Origin: an uncultured Chloroflexia bacterium
Lineage (GTDB): Bacteria; Chloroflexota; Limnocylindria; Limnocylindrales; CSP1-4
DNA length: 64,000 bases
Direction: 5' to 3'
NCBI GenBank assembly: GCA_963752475.1
Contig: CAVVYR010000006.1
Coordinates: 128,001 to 192,000 of the forward strand
The notes beneath the pieces were generated by a model. That model saw only the letters and a program-made list of their open reading frames with translations, did not search any database and was not told the origin of the DNA. Made by a program: the position numbers and the translations under genes. This document shows positions 29,059-38,635 of the stretch, one piece after another (the first letter of the stretch is position 1; every line of letters starts with the position of its first letter).

Positions 29059-30225
29059 GTGACCACCAAGACCATCGATCCGGCCGAGCTCGAGCACTGC
29101 CTGCACAACCTGAAGCTGGAGCGCGACGCTGTCCTCCTGTACGAGGGCCTCGCCGAGCTGGACAAGGACCCCATCCGCACCGACGCCTTCCATGCCATCG
29201 CCGCCGGCGAGCGGCGCCATGCGTTCGTGTGGGCCTCCCGCGTGGAAGCGCGTGGCGAGGACGTCCCGCCCATGACCCAGCCACGCTGGCGGGTGAAGGC
29301 CATCCTGGCCCTGGCGCGCGTCTTCGGCACGAAGGCGGTCTCAGGCATGGTCAAGGCGCTTGAGGGCGACGAGCTGACGCTCTATGAGGGACTCGATGGT
29401 CCGGAGATGGAAGCTATCGCTGCCGACGAGCGCGAACACGCCGCCATCTGGAAGCGCCTGGACATGGGTATGCCAGGTGTGGCGCCGTCGACACCGGAGG
29501 CGGCCGCCGCGGCAGAGATCGCCATCCGCGACGAGTCATGGCATCGTGCGGCCGGCAACAGCGGTACCCTGCGCGCCGCGGTCTTCGGTATCAACGACGG
29601 GCTCGTCAGCAACCTCGCGCTGATCATGGGCTTCGCCGGCGCCGCCACCGACAACGAGGTCATCGTGCTTGCCGGCGTCGCGGGCCTGCTCGCGGGCGCC
29701 TTCAGCATGGCCGCGGGCGAGTACATCAGCATGCAGAGCCAGAAGGAGTTGTTCGAGCGCCAGATCGAGCTGGAGCGTGAGGAACTGCGCTTCATGCCCG
29801 AGAAGGAGCGTGAGGAGCTGGCCGCGCTGTACCGCACCAAGGGCTTGTCCGAGGAGGAAGCGGACATGGTCTCCGCGCGCCTGATGCAGGACCCCGAAGC
29901 CGCCCTCGACACCAAGCTCCGCGAAGAGCTGGGCCTCGATCCCGACGAACTGGGTTCGCCCTGGGGCGCTGCCGGCTCGTCGTTCGCGGCCTTCGCCCTC
30001 GGCGCGATCATCCCGCTGGTGCCGTTCCTGCTCACCTCCGGCACGCAGGCCATCCTCATCAGCGCCACGCTCGCGCTCGTCGCCCTCTTCATCGTGGGTG
30101 CGCTCGTGAGCCTGCTCACCGGTCGAAGCCTGCTCTACAGCGGCCTGCGTCAGTGCTTCATCGGCGGCGGCACCGCGCTCGTCACCTTCATCGTGGGCAG
30201 CGTCCTCGGGGTAGCGGTGTCCTGA
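29059..30225 (+). CDS. Ferritin/rubrerythrin-like + VIT1/CCC1 iron transporter
   Basis: ERRH and EREH di-iron motifs; LRAAVFGINDGLVS, SMAAGEYIS. Confidence 0.9.
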   Translation: MTTKTIDPAELEHCLHNLKLERDAVLLYEGLAELDKDPIRTDAFHAIAAGERRHAFVWASRVEARGEDVPPMTQPRWRVKAILALARVFGTKAVSGMVKALEGDELTLYEGLDGPEMEAIAADEREHAAIWKRLDMGMPGVAPSTPEAAAAAEIAIRDESWHRAAGNSGTLRAAVFGINDGLVSNLALIMGFAGAATDNEVIVLAGVAGLLAGAFSMAAGEYISMQSQKELFERQIELEREELRFMPEKEREELAALYRTKGLSEEEADMVSARLMQDPEAALDTKLREELGLDPDELGSPWGAAGSSFAAFALGAIIPLVPFLLTSGTQAILISATLALVALFIVGALVSLLTGRSLLYSGLRQCFIGGGTALVTFIVGSVLGVAVS

Positions 30226-30557
30226 TGGATGAGTCCGAGCTTCGTGCTCGCCTGAGCGCGGAGGGCCTTGAAGCCCACGTGTGGGGCAACGGACCCTTCG
30301 ACCACTACGGTGAACACCGCCATCCCTACGACAAGGTGCTGGTCGCGGCCGCGGGGTCGATCACCTTCCACCTGCCCGAGCTGGGGCGCGACGTCCTGCT
30401 CTCGGCGGGCGACCGACTGGACCTGCCGACGGGCACGTTGCACGGAGCCGACGTGGGCGCCGACGGCGTGACCTGCCTCGAAGCGCATCTACCCGCGGGC
30501 ACCTTCGAGCAGTCGCCGGAACACCATCCCGGTTGGGGAGCTCGACGCGAAGCCTAG
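30225..30557 (+). CDS. Cupin-domain protein
   Basis: HRHPYDK...GDRLDLPTGTLH; TGATG coupling. Confidence 0.8.
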   Translation: MDESELRARLSAEGLEAHVWGNGPFDHYGEHRHPYDKVLVAAAGSITFHLPELGRDVLLSAGDRLDLPTGTLHGADVGADGVTCLEAHLPAGTFEQSPEHHPGWGARREA

Positions 30558-30989
30558 CTAGCGGTTCGCCGGTGGCGGACCGGATGGCGGCGGACCGGAT
30601 GGCGGCGGGCCGGATGGTGGCGGGCCGGATGGTGGCGGGCCGGATGGTGGCGGGCCGGGTGGCGGCGCGTATCCCGGAGGTGGTGGTGGCGCTATGGGAG
30701 GCGCTGGGGGTCCGGGCGGCATCGGCGGTGCGCTCGCACCCTGTGGCGCCGGCGGCCGTGGGATGGCGCGATACGCGCCGTCGAGCTCCAACACCTCCTC
30801 CACGAGCGAGGTCGGAGCCACGCCGCCGTTGTGCTCGATGGTGCCCGAGATCCAGGCCGCTTCCGTCCGTCGCTCGGCCTCGCCGAGGTCATCTCGCTGA
30901 CGCGGCAGCCGCACGAGCAGCACGGCCACGAAGCCGGCGCCCAGGCCGAGGCCGACGAGGAACATCCACAGAGCCCAGCCATCGATCAT
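30558..30989 (-). CDS. Membrane-anchored protein with (GPPPS)n tail
   Basis: N-terminal TM; 15-bp coding repeat at ~30570-30665. Confidence 0.65.
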   Translation of the reverse strand: MIDGWALWMFLVGLGLGAGFVAVLLVRLPRQRDDLGEAERRTEAAWISGTIEHNGGVAPTSLVEEVLELDGAYRAIPRPPAPQGASAPPMPPGPPAPPIAPPPPPGYAPPPGPPPSGPPPSGPPPSGPPPSGPPPSGPPPANR

Positions 30990-31053
30990 GGCCGCGAGCA
31001 TATCGTGAGTGCCGCCACAGTGGCGGGGCGGCGTGCTCGGCTATCCTCTCGCG

Positions 31054-31902
31054 GTGCCCCTTGCGTTGATCGACATCACCCCGCCCTCCGGTATCGAGCT
31101 CGGGCCTCTGACCCTGGGCTTCTATGGCATCGGCTATGTCCTGGCCGTCGCCGTGATGCTGCTGGTGAGCCAGGTCGAGGCGCGGCGGAAGGGACTCGAC
31201 CCCGGGCTCGTCACCGGTGCCATCGTGGTGGTGGCGGTCTTCGCGCTGGTCGGCGCTCGGCTGTACCACGTCATCGACGAGTGGGAGCGCTATGCCGCCG
31301 ATCCCATCGCGGCCGTGTTGCCGCCATACTCGGGTCTCGGGCTGTACGGCGGGATCTTCGGCGCGGCCATCGGTATCTGGGTCTACGTGCGGGGCAAGGG
31401 CATCCCCATCGGGCGTGCGCTCGACGTGGTCGTGCCCGGCACGCTCTTCGCCCAGGGCATCGCGCGCTGGGGCAACTTCTTCAACCAGGAGCTGTACGGG
31501 CCACCGACCGAGTTGCCCTGGGGCATCACCATCGACTGCTTCCACCGCGTTGCCCAGTACCCCTGCGAGCTGTACCCCGAGGCCACGACCGGGTTCCACC
31601 CGCTGTTCTTCTACGAGTCGGCGCTGACCATCGCCGGTGGCTTCATCGCGCTCTTCGTCGCGCGCCGTTTCACCGACCGCCTGCTCGATGGCGACCTGGC
31701 TTCGTTCTGGATGGTCTGGTATGGCGGCGTGCGTCTGCTGCTGGAGGTCTTCCGCGACGGCTGGAACTGGACGGTGCTGGGTATCCCGGTGGCGATGCTC
31801 ATCGGCCTGGTGCTGGTGATCGCCGGACTGGCCACCGCCTGGTGGCGCCACTCGCGCGCGCCTGCCGCGTCCCTTCCGCCGACACGACACCAGGGCCCAT
31901 AG
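31054..31902 (+). CDS. lgt: Prolipoprotein diacylglyceryl transferase
   Basis: GARLYHV, GLGLYGG, AQGIARWGNFFNQELYG, HPLFFYES. Confidence 0.95.
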   Translation: MPLALIDITPPSGIELGPLTLGFYGIGYVLAVAVMLLVSQVEARRKGLDPGLVTGAIVVVAVFALVGARLYHVIDEWERYAADPIAAVLPPYSGLGLYGGIFGAAIGIWVYVRGKGIPIGRALDVVVPGTLFAQGIARWGNFFNQELYGPPTELPWGITIDCFHRVAQYPCELYPEATTGFHPLFFYESALTIAGGFIALFVARRFTDRLLDGDLASFWMVWYGGVRLLLEVFRDGWNWTVLGIPVAMLIGLVLVIAGLATAWWRHSRAPAASLPPTRHQGP

Positions 31903-31945
31903 CCGCCCGTCAGCCTCGCTGGCGTTGGCGACCGGACCCCGACCG

Positions 31946-32120
31946 CAGCACCCGCCCGTAGTCGGTTGTCGTGTCGCCCCCATCGACGCCATCGGTCCGG
32001 TCACACAGCACCCGCCCGTAGTCGGTTGTCGTGTCGCCCCCATCGACGCCATCGGCCCGGTCCCGCAGCACCTGCTCGTAGAGCAACTCGTCGTGTCGCC
32101 CCCATCGACGCTATGGGCCG
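31946..32120. repeat. 60-bp tandem repeat x3 carrying core GTCGCCCCCATCGACGCYA
   Basis: Units start at 31946, 32006 and 32066 (third diverged). Confidence 0.9.
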
Positions 32121-33385
32121 CTCGTGGTCGGTTGTCGTCCCTGGCGACGCTACGACCCGATTCGGCCGATCGATGTAGTCACTCGTCGCTGGGGTCGACG
32201 CTAGTCTCGCGAGACCGTGCTGCGTGGCGCTCGGTGGCAGCTGGCCTGTTCACGGCTATGCCCAGCCACGCTCATCGCGCGCCCTCATGGTCGGCCACGA
32301 CCCGGATTCGCTGGCTACGAGTGTGACTGGCGTCGACCGGGACGACGGCTGTCCACAGGTCCCGGCCAAGCCACCGCTAAGTGCACGCGAAGCGACGCCC
32401 GCGATGCTGTCTCGATGGATGACATGAGGATCGGCGCGGCGATTCGCGCCGTGCGAGTTCGACGGCGATGGAGACAAGAAGACGTGGCGGTTCGGGCGGG
32501 CGTTCCTCGGTCGCTCGTCTCTGACATCGAGCGCGGTCACTTCAGCACCACGTCTCTGGCTCGACTGCGAGCGGTGGCGAGTGCACTCGACGTCAGGATC
32601 GATCTCGTTGCACGCTGGCGCGGCGGTGAGCTTGCCAGGCTCCTCAGCGCGAGGCACTCGGCACTGCATGAGGCGATCGCCGCGTACCTTGCGCGTCTCC
32701 CCGGCTGGGAGTTCGCATCCGAGGTCTCGTTCTCGATCTACGGGGAACGTGGTGCCATCGACATCCTGGCGTTCCATCCTGCGACTCGCTCGCTCTTGCT
32801 CATCGAGCTGAAGACGGAGATCGTCGACGTCAATGAGTTGGTGGGCACGCTCGATCGCAAGACTCGTCTTGCGCGTCGGATCGCGGCCGAGCGTGGCTGG
32901 GAGGCTCGATCGGTGAGTCGGTGGGTCATCGTCACACGCGACAAGACGAACCAGCGGCGTATCGAGGCGCACCGCTCGATGTTGCGAACGGCATTGCCGG
33001 CCGACGGCCACGCGATGCGGAGTTGGCTCGCGCATCCAGCGGCGTCGATCTCCGGCCTATCGATGTGGACAGCCGTCGTCCCGGTCGACGCCAGTCCCAC
33101 TCGTAGTCAGCGGATCCGGGCAGTGGCTGGCCATGAGAGCGAACGATGAGCGTGGCTGGGCATAGCCGTGAACAGGCCAGCTGCCACGGAGCGCCACGCA
33201 GCACGGTCTCGCGAGACTAGCGTCGACCCCAGCGACGAGTGACTACATGGATCGGCCGAATCGGGTCGTAGCGTCGTCAGGGACGACAACCGACTACGAG
33301 CGGCCCATAGCGTCGATGGGGGCGACACGGCGACACGACGAGTTGCTCGACGAGCGGGTGCTGCGGGATCGGGCCGATAGCGTCG
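32044..33385. mobile_element. Putative selfish element: ~315-bp inverted arms flanking an HTH-nuclease gene
   Basis: 32044-32357 is the reverse complement of 33064-33385 (about 18 mismatches plus one 8-bp duplication, counted by eye). It lies between convergent genes. Mobility is inferred; no target-site duplication was seen. Confidence 0.6.
32415..33149 (+). CDS. XRE-type HTH + PD-(D/E)XK nuclease-fold protein (244 aa)
   Basis: IRAVRVRRRWRQEDVAVRAGVPRSLVSDIERG (XRE HTH); SEVSF..ERGAIDIL..LLLIELKT (E..D..ExK). Confidence 0.85.
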   Translation: MDDMRIGAAIRAVRVRRRWRQEDVAVRAGVPRSLVSDIERGHFSTTSLARLRAVASALDVRIDLVARWRGGELARLLSARHSALHEAIAAYLARLPGWEFASEVSFSIYGERGAIDILAFHPATRSLLLIELKTEIVDVNELVGTLDRKTRLARRIAAERGWEARSVSRWVIVTRDKTNQRRIEAHRSMLRTALPADGHAMRSWLAHPAASISGLSMWTAVVPVDASPTRSQRIRAVAGHESER

Positions 33386-33444
33386 GTAGGTACGTCGAAC
33401 GTAGCACCGGCTGGGTTGCTGCGTCGGACGGGGAGCCCGGAAGC

Positions 33445-36102
33445 CTAGGAGTCGGCTCGGCGATAGAAGGCGATGAGCTGCGTGGTGCCGCGCAGGTTGT
33501 GGCCGTTGAGGACGAGGAAGTCATCGAGGCCGTTGCCGTCGTGGTCGATGGCGAAGGCATCATCGCCGGCGCCGTCGGAGACCTGCGGGATGATCATCGA
33601 GGACCAGGCCCGGCCGTTGTCACGGTTCACGAGCATGATGTCGTGCACGTTCTTCTCGGGGGCGCTGCGCATGAGGTAGATGTCGCCGCGCCCGTCGCCG
33701 TTGACGTCGCCCGAGGCGAGTGCTCGACCCTCGGTCAGATTGCGCTCGAAGACCTTGGTGAAGCGGCCCTTCTTCTGCAGGCTGACCTTGATCTTGCCTT
33801 GTGAGAGCTGCACGAGGTCCAGCTTGCCGTCCTTGTTGAGGTCCACGAGCTCGGCGTCCATCTCGTCGAAGGACTTGATGCCCATCTTGCCGGTGACGTC
33901 GACGAGACCCGTCTTGGTGTTGCGGTATAGCCGCGTCGAGCCGGCCTCGGCCGTCTGAGGGCCGCCGGTCACGAGCAGCACGTCCTCGCGGCCGTCGCCG
34001 TCGTAGTCGGCATCCTGCAGCGCGCGTGCGCCGAGGCGAGCGGCGATGCCTGGCGTGGCCTTGGCCTTGAGCTTCCGCTGGCCGACGGTGCGGAAGAGCC
34101 GTGCCAGCGAAGGCAGGCCGTCGACGCGCGTCGGCGAGTTGGTCAGAACGAGGTCGATGGCCTTCTGCTTCTTCGACTCCAGGAAGGCCGACAGACGTCC
34201 ACGGCCGGTCTGATCGGCACCGCCCCAGGTCGAGGCCACCTCGACCGGCGCCGGACCGCCCGGATCGAGCCACAGCTCGTTGGTCTTGAGACCCGAGCCA
34301 CGCTTGCCGCCGACCGCGCAATAGATGTCCGGCAGGCCGCTGCCGTCCACGTCCGCGGAGGTGCAGCCGTGGCGGTCGAGCGATGACAGCTTCAACGGCT
34401 CGTGCTCGACGAAGACGCCGTTGCGGTTCAGCAGCAAACGGGCCATCCGTCCGTGGCGCCCGATGAACAGGTCATCCACGCCGTCGCCATCGAAGTCATC
34501 CACGACCGCGTCATACGTGCCCGTCTCCTCGTGCACGCCAGCCGGCTTGGCCACGTCCTTGGCCACGATCTTGGGGTGTGCCTCGGCCAGCGGCAGCGTG
34601 CCGATCTTCTTGTTGATCTTGACCGCCTTCTCGCCGTCCTTGCGGTTGTCGGCCGCCGCGTCCGGGTGGGCTTCATCGTACGTCTCGAGGTCATCGGCTT
34701 CGAACAGATCGAACTCATCCTCGTCCGCCTCCGCCGTTCCAGCCGTCTCGGCCGGTGGCGTGATCTCTTCGGCCGAGGCCGGCTCCGAGGTGCCGAAGAC
34801 GCCGGTCTGGGGCGGGGTACACACGCGCACCGCACGACCACTGCCGTTGGAGCGGCCCACGGCCCAGCCGTTGCCGCTGAGCGAGCCGACCGCGTCGTGG
34901 AGCTCGGTGCCGCCGGACTCGCCCGACACCTCGTTCCAGGCACGTCCGTCCCACCAGGCCGCGATCGACTCGTGCACCTTGCGCTCGTCATCGAAGGCGG
35001 CACCGACGACCCAGATGCCACCGGCCGGGTCGATCGAGATCGCGTTGAGGATGACGTCGTGCGAGTCCCACTTGGGCGCCTTGGCGGTCTTCCACTTCTT
35101 GCCGTTCCAGCGCAGCACGAGCGGCTTCGTTGCGCCATCGCGCTTGTGGTAGCCGACGGCCCAGCTCTCGTTGCCGTGGGTAGCGATGATGTCGGTGAGC
35201 GCGGCCTCGCCCTTGAGGTTGGGCAGCTCGTACTGGCGCCACTTGCCGGCGTCGCGGTTCCAGATGGCCGCCTTCACCTGTGCGCCCGCGCCGCCGTGGC
35301 CGGCGACCCAGGTGCCGCCCTTCTTGTCGGGGGCGACGCCGGTGAGCGTCAGTGACTCGGTGCGGCCGATGGACATGGGGATCGAGCGCCAGCGCGGCCC
35401 GTCCTTGCGGATGACGAGCGGCTTGCGGCGGCCCTTGTCACCCATGCGGTAGCCGACGGCGAAGGGGCTGCCGTCACCCACGATGGTGACGTCGATGAAG
35501 GCGGCCACCGAGGCGTCGACGTTGGGCCGATCGGTCTTCCAGCCGGCGCCGTTCCAGCGCATCGCCAGCGGCTTGACCTCCGCCCCGAGCGTGGTGAAGC
35601 CCACGGCCCACGTGTCCGAGTCATCGCGCCAGGCCACGGACATCAGTCCGTCCTCATCGCCGGGGCTCGAGGCCACGACACGGTTCCAGTCGTTGCCGCG
35701 GTTGACGACGCTGACCGGTGCGCGAAGGCCGCTGTGGCCGGGGATGCTGCGGCGGGCGTAGCCCACCGCGATCGTGCCCTTGCCCGTCCGAGTCACGCCG
35801 TGGAGCGACATGTTGGTCTTGCTGTCGACCTCGACGAAGCCCTGCGCGCAGACGACTGGTTCGCCCTTGGCGTTGTCTGCGCTGGTGATCTTGCCGCTGC
35901 CGTTCTGCTCGCGATCGTCCTTGGCCCCGAGCACGGCGTGGCCCGGTGCGATGGCCAGGCCATCGGCGAGCAGCAGCACAGAAAGGCCGAGCGCGATCAA
36001 CGGCGCGCGCTTCAAGCCACGAAGACGGGGCACGATCGAAGAGATTAGACCGCTCCGCACGAATGTGCCGGTATCGCCCCTTGGTACGGTGCGTGCGCGC
36101 AC
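33445..36102 (-). CDS. Secreted beta-propeller (W[ND]GxxW repeats) + FG-GAP/VCBS protein, paralog 1
   Basis: Signal-like hydrophobic stretch; LRWNGKKW repeats; DFDGDGVDD and GDVNGDGRGD Ca-binding loops; start uncertain. Confidence 0.8.
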   Translation of the reverse strand: MRARTVPRGDTGTFVRSGLISSIVPRLRGLKRAPLIALGLSVLLLADGLAIAPGHAVLGAKDDREQNGSGKITSADNAKGEPVVCAQGFVEVDSKTNMSLHGVTRTGKGTIAVGYARRSIPGHSGLRAPVSVVNRGNDWNRVVASSPGDEDGLMSVAWRDDSDTWAVGFTTLGAEVKPLAMRWNGAGWKTDRPNVDASVAAFIDVTIVGDGSPFAVGYRMGDKGRRKPLVIRKDGPRWRSIPMSIGRTESLTLTGVAPDKKGGTWVAGHGGAGAQVKAAIWNRDAGKWRQYELPNLKGEAALTDIIATHGNESWAVGYHKRDGATKPLVLRWNGKKWKTAKAPKWDSHDVILNAISIDPAGGIWVVGAAFDDERKVHESIAAWWDGRAWNEVSGESGGTELHDAVGSLSGNGWAVGRSNGSGRAVRVCTPPQTGVFGTSEPASAEEITPPAETAGTAEADEDEFDLFEADDLETYDEAHPDAAADNRKDGEKAVKINKKIGTLPLAEAHPKIVAKDVAKPAGVHEETGTYDAVVDDFDGDGVDDLFIGRHGRMARLLLNRNGVFVEHEPLKLSSLDRHGCTSADVDGSGLPDIYCAVGGKRGSGLKTNELWLDPGGPAPVEVASTWGGADQTGRGRLSAFLESKKQKAIDLVLTNSPTRVDGLPSLARLFRTVGQRKLKAKATPGIAARLGARALQDADYDGDGREDVLLVTGGPQTAEAGSTRLYRNTKTGLVDVTGKMGIKSFDEMDAELVDLNKDGKLDLVQLSQGKIKVSLQKKGRFTKVFERNLTEGRALASGDVNGDGRGDIYLMRSAPEKNVHDIMLVNRDNGRAWSSMIIPQVSDGAGDDAFAIDHDGNGLDDFLVLNGHNLRGTTQLIAFYRRADS

Positions 36103-36115
36103 CGTCCGTACGGGC

Positions 36116-38635
36116 CTACTTGCGAGGGAACGAGGCCAGCAGCTGGATGGGGCCGGCCTTGGTGCGGCCGTTGAGCACGACGAAGTCCATCAGCCCGTTC
36201 CGGTCGTAGTCGAGGGCGAAGACGTCATCGGCCGAGCCGGCGGAGGTCTGGGGGATCTTGACCGAGGCGAACTTGGTGCCGGCGTTGCGACTCACGAGCA
36301 GGCGATCGGGCCTGTTGCGTTTGTCGTTGCCACGCGCGACGTAGATGTCCGCTCGACCGTCGCCGCTGGCATCGCCCGTGGCGAGCGCCCAGGCATCGGT
36401 GATCTTGACCTCGTAGATGCGCTTGTAGCCGCCACGGGTCCACTTGCTCACGCGCAGCCGGTTCGAGGACAGCTGGATGAGGTCCTTGTTCCGGTCACCC
36501 GTCACGTCAGCGAAGGAGACGTCGATGTCGCCGATCGGCCTGATGTTCAGCTGCGCCGTGCGGTCCTTGAGCTTGCCGCCCTCGTTGCGCATGAAGCGCA
36601 GGCCGGCCTTGCGTCCGCTGAAGCCGTACTGCGTGCAGTAGACAAGGTCCTCATCGCCGTCACCGTCGAAGTCCCCGGTTTCGACGCACTCGGCACCGTG
36701 GGACGAGTCGAGGCCGACCCCGGGCGTCGGACGGAGCTCGCCATTGACGTTGGTGTAGAAGCGGTTGTAGACCGGCCAGCCGTCGTCGCGGTCGGGGGCG
36801 TTGGTGATGAAGACGTCGGCGTACTTGTCGCGGTTGAGATCGAACACCGCGGCGTGCCGCCCACGGCCCAGCGGGTCGCTGATGCCCAGTGAATCCCTGG
36901 CCAGCGTGCGAGTGGCAAGGGCCGGCTCGAGTGACAGCTCGTGCCGCTTCATGGACTTGCCTCTCGATGCGCCGACCGCGCAGAGGATGTCTCTGCTGCC
37001 GTCGCCATCGAGGTCACCATGGTCACACCCATGGCGGTCGACCGGGCTGTAGGCCTTGTTCCCGGCCGTGTTGAACTTGCCGTTCTTGTTCATGGCGAGC
37101 CGGGGCATGATCGAGCCGTGGCGGCTGTAGAAGACGTCGGTCCAGCCGTTGCCGTCGAAGTCGGTGGCAAAGCCGTCGAACGTCTTGGTCGTCTGCTTCA
37201 GGCCCGATGCCGCGGCCATGTCCTTGACCCAGAAGCGGGGATGGTTGACGGGCTTGGCCGCCAGCTCCAGGGCCCGGGCCGAGTCGCCCGAGATCGAGAA
37301 CGCGCGGTTGGAAGTGTCATCGGTGACGGTGGCGGTGTGCTCATCATGGACGTGTGGCTGTTCCCGCTGCGACGCCTTTCGGGCGCCCATGCGACTGACG
37401 GTCAGCTTGCGCTTGGTCGTGCGCTGCTTGAGGTTGGCCGGCTTGACCGCCGCGGGCAGGTTCTCACCGCAGGCCTTGAGCGCCAGCAGCGAGGCGCCGA
37501 CGGTGGCAGCCGCGACCGCACCCTTGTCGGTGGCGGCCACGGCCATGACCTCCGAGCGGACGTCGTCGGGCGTGCCCAGCGTCGAGAGGCGCCAAGTGTC
37601 CCCCTTGCCGTTGGCCACGAAGCCGCGAGTCTCCCGCGTCTCGTTGGCGGTCTTGGTGCCGGCGATCCAGATGGTGCCGTCGGCGCCCACCGAGACCGAA
37701 CGCGGCAGGCCCTCGAACTCGGTGGCCCAGGGCAGGGGCACGCCACGCCACGACTTGCCATCCCAGTGCAGCAGGATGACGCGGTGGTCGTCCGACCCGT
37801 CCTTCGAGAGGTAGCCCACGGCATAGCCGTTGTTGCCGCCACGGAAGTGCACGTCGGTGAGGACGGCGTTTCCGGCGGGGATGCCGCTGACCTTGTAGGG
37901 CTTCCAGCCCTTGCCCGCGCGACGGACGACGTAGGCGCGCGGACGGCCGGGCTTGGACTCCTTCCAGCCCACGGCCCAGACCGCACCGGTGCTGGCACGG
38001 CTGATGCCGAGCAGTCCGGAGCCGCTGCCCTTGAAGGGGTCCTGGCGGACCCAGCGCTTGCCGTTCCAGTACATGCCGGTGGCCTGCAGCTTGCCGTTCT
38101 GGAGGCGCGTGCCTACGGCCAGCGCCTTGCCGCGTGGGAGCGACACGACGTCGGTGAGCGAGGCGCGAGGACCGGGCATGTCGGGCACGGCGCGGCCCTT
38201 CCAGCTGTTGCCGACGATCTGTCCGCTGGTGGGCTTGAGCGACCCGGAACCGTTGCCGATGAAGGGCCGGTAGTAGCCCACGCCGAGGATCCTGTCGGAG
38301 CCGATGGCAGTCGCGCCCACGAGGCCGCGATGGCCGGTGGTCGAGCGCGCAGCCTGCTTCCACTTGCCGCCGCTCCAGCGCAGCGCCAGCACACCGGTGT
38401 TGGTGCCGCCGACGATCCAGGCCTCCTGGCCCTTGTGCACGACGATGTCGAAGGCGGTGGAAAGGAAGGTCGAGTCCGGCGTGCTCACTTCCCTCCAGCC
38501 GTTCACGCAGGCGCCAGTCGCCGCCTCCGCCGGTGCCGGCGCTCGAACGCCGATGAGACCGACGAGCATCACGGACGCGATGAGCCCGATGGTCAAGCGG
38601 GTGCGGCCGAGCGTTCGTCCCATGGAGGTGGTCAC
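36116..38635 (-). CDS. Secreted beta-propeller + FG-GAP/VCBS protein, paralog 2
   Basis: Same architecture; DFDGNGWTD, DPLGRGR. Confidence 0.8.
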   Translation of the reverse strand: MTTSMGRTLGRTRLTIGLIASVMLVGLIGVRAPAPAEAATGACVNGWREVSTPDSTFLSTAFDIVVHKGQEAWIVGGTNTGVLALRWSGGKWKQAARSTTGHRGLVGATAIGSDRILGVGYYRPFIGNGSGSLKPTSGQIVGNSWKGRAVPDMPGPRASLTDVVSLPRGKALAVGTRLQNGKLQATGMYWNGKRWVRQDPFKGSGSGLLGISRASTGAVWAVGWKESKPGRPRAYVVRRAGKGWKPYKVSGIPAGNAVLTDVHFRGGNNGYAVGYLSKDGSDDHRVILLHWDGKSWRGVPLPWATEFEGLPRSVSVGADGTIWIAGTKTANETRETRGFVANGKGDTWRLSTLGTPDDVRSEVMAVAATDKGAVAAATVGASLLALKACGENLPAAVKPANLKQRTTKRKLTVSRMGARKASQREQPHVHDEHTATVTDDTSNRAFSISGDSARALELAAKPVNHPRFWVKDMAAASGLKQTTKTFDGFATDFDGNGWTDVFYSRHGSIMPRLAMNKNGKFNTAGNKAYSPVDRHGCDHGDLDGDGSRDILCAVGASRGKSMKRHELSLEPALATRTLARDSLGISDPLGRGRHAAVFDLNRDKYADVFITNAPDRDDGWPVYNRFYTNVNGELRPTPGVGLDSSHGAECVETGDFDGDGDEDLVYCTQYGFSGRKAGLRFMRNEGGKLKDRTAQLNIRPIGDIDVSFADVTGDRNKDLIQLSSNRLRVSKWTRGGYKRIYEVKITDAWALATGDASGDGRADIYVARGNDKRNRPDRLLVSRNAGTKFASVKIPQTSAGSADDVFALDYDRNGLMDFVVLNGRTKAGPIQLLASFPRK

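Noticed and set aside
31946-32120. CRISPR array
   Set aside because: The would-be spacers are themselves duplicated (whole 60-bp units repeat) and there are no cas genes. The same applies to 22325-22545 and 26601-26682.
32044-33385. Classical IS element
   Set aside because: No DDE, HUH or recombinase motifs and no target-site duplication.
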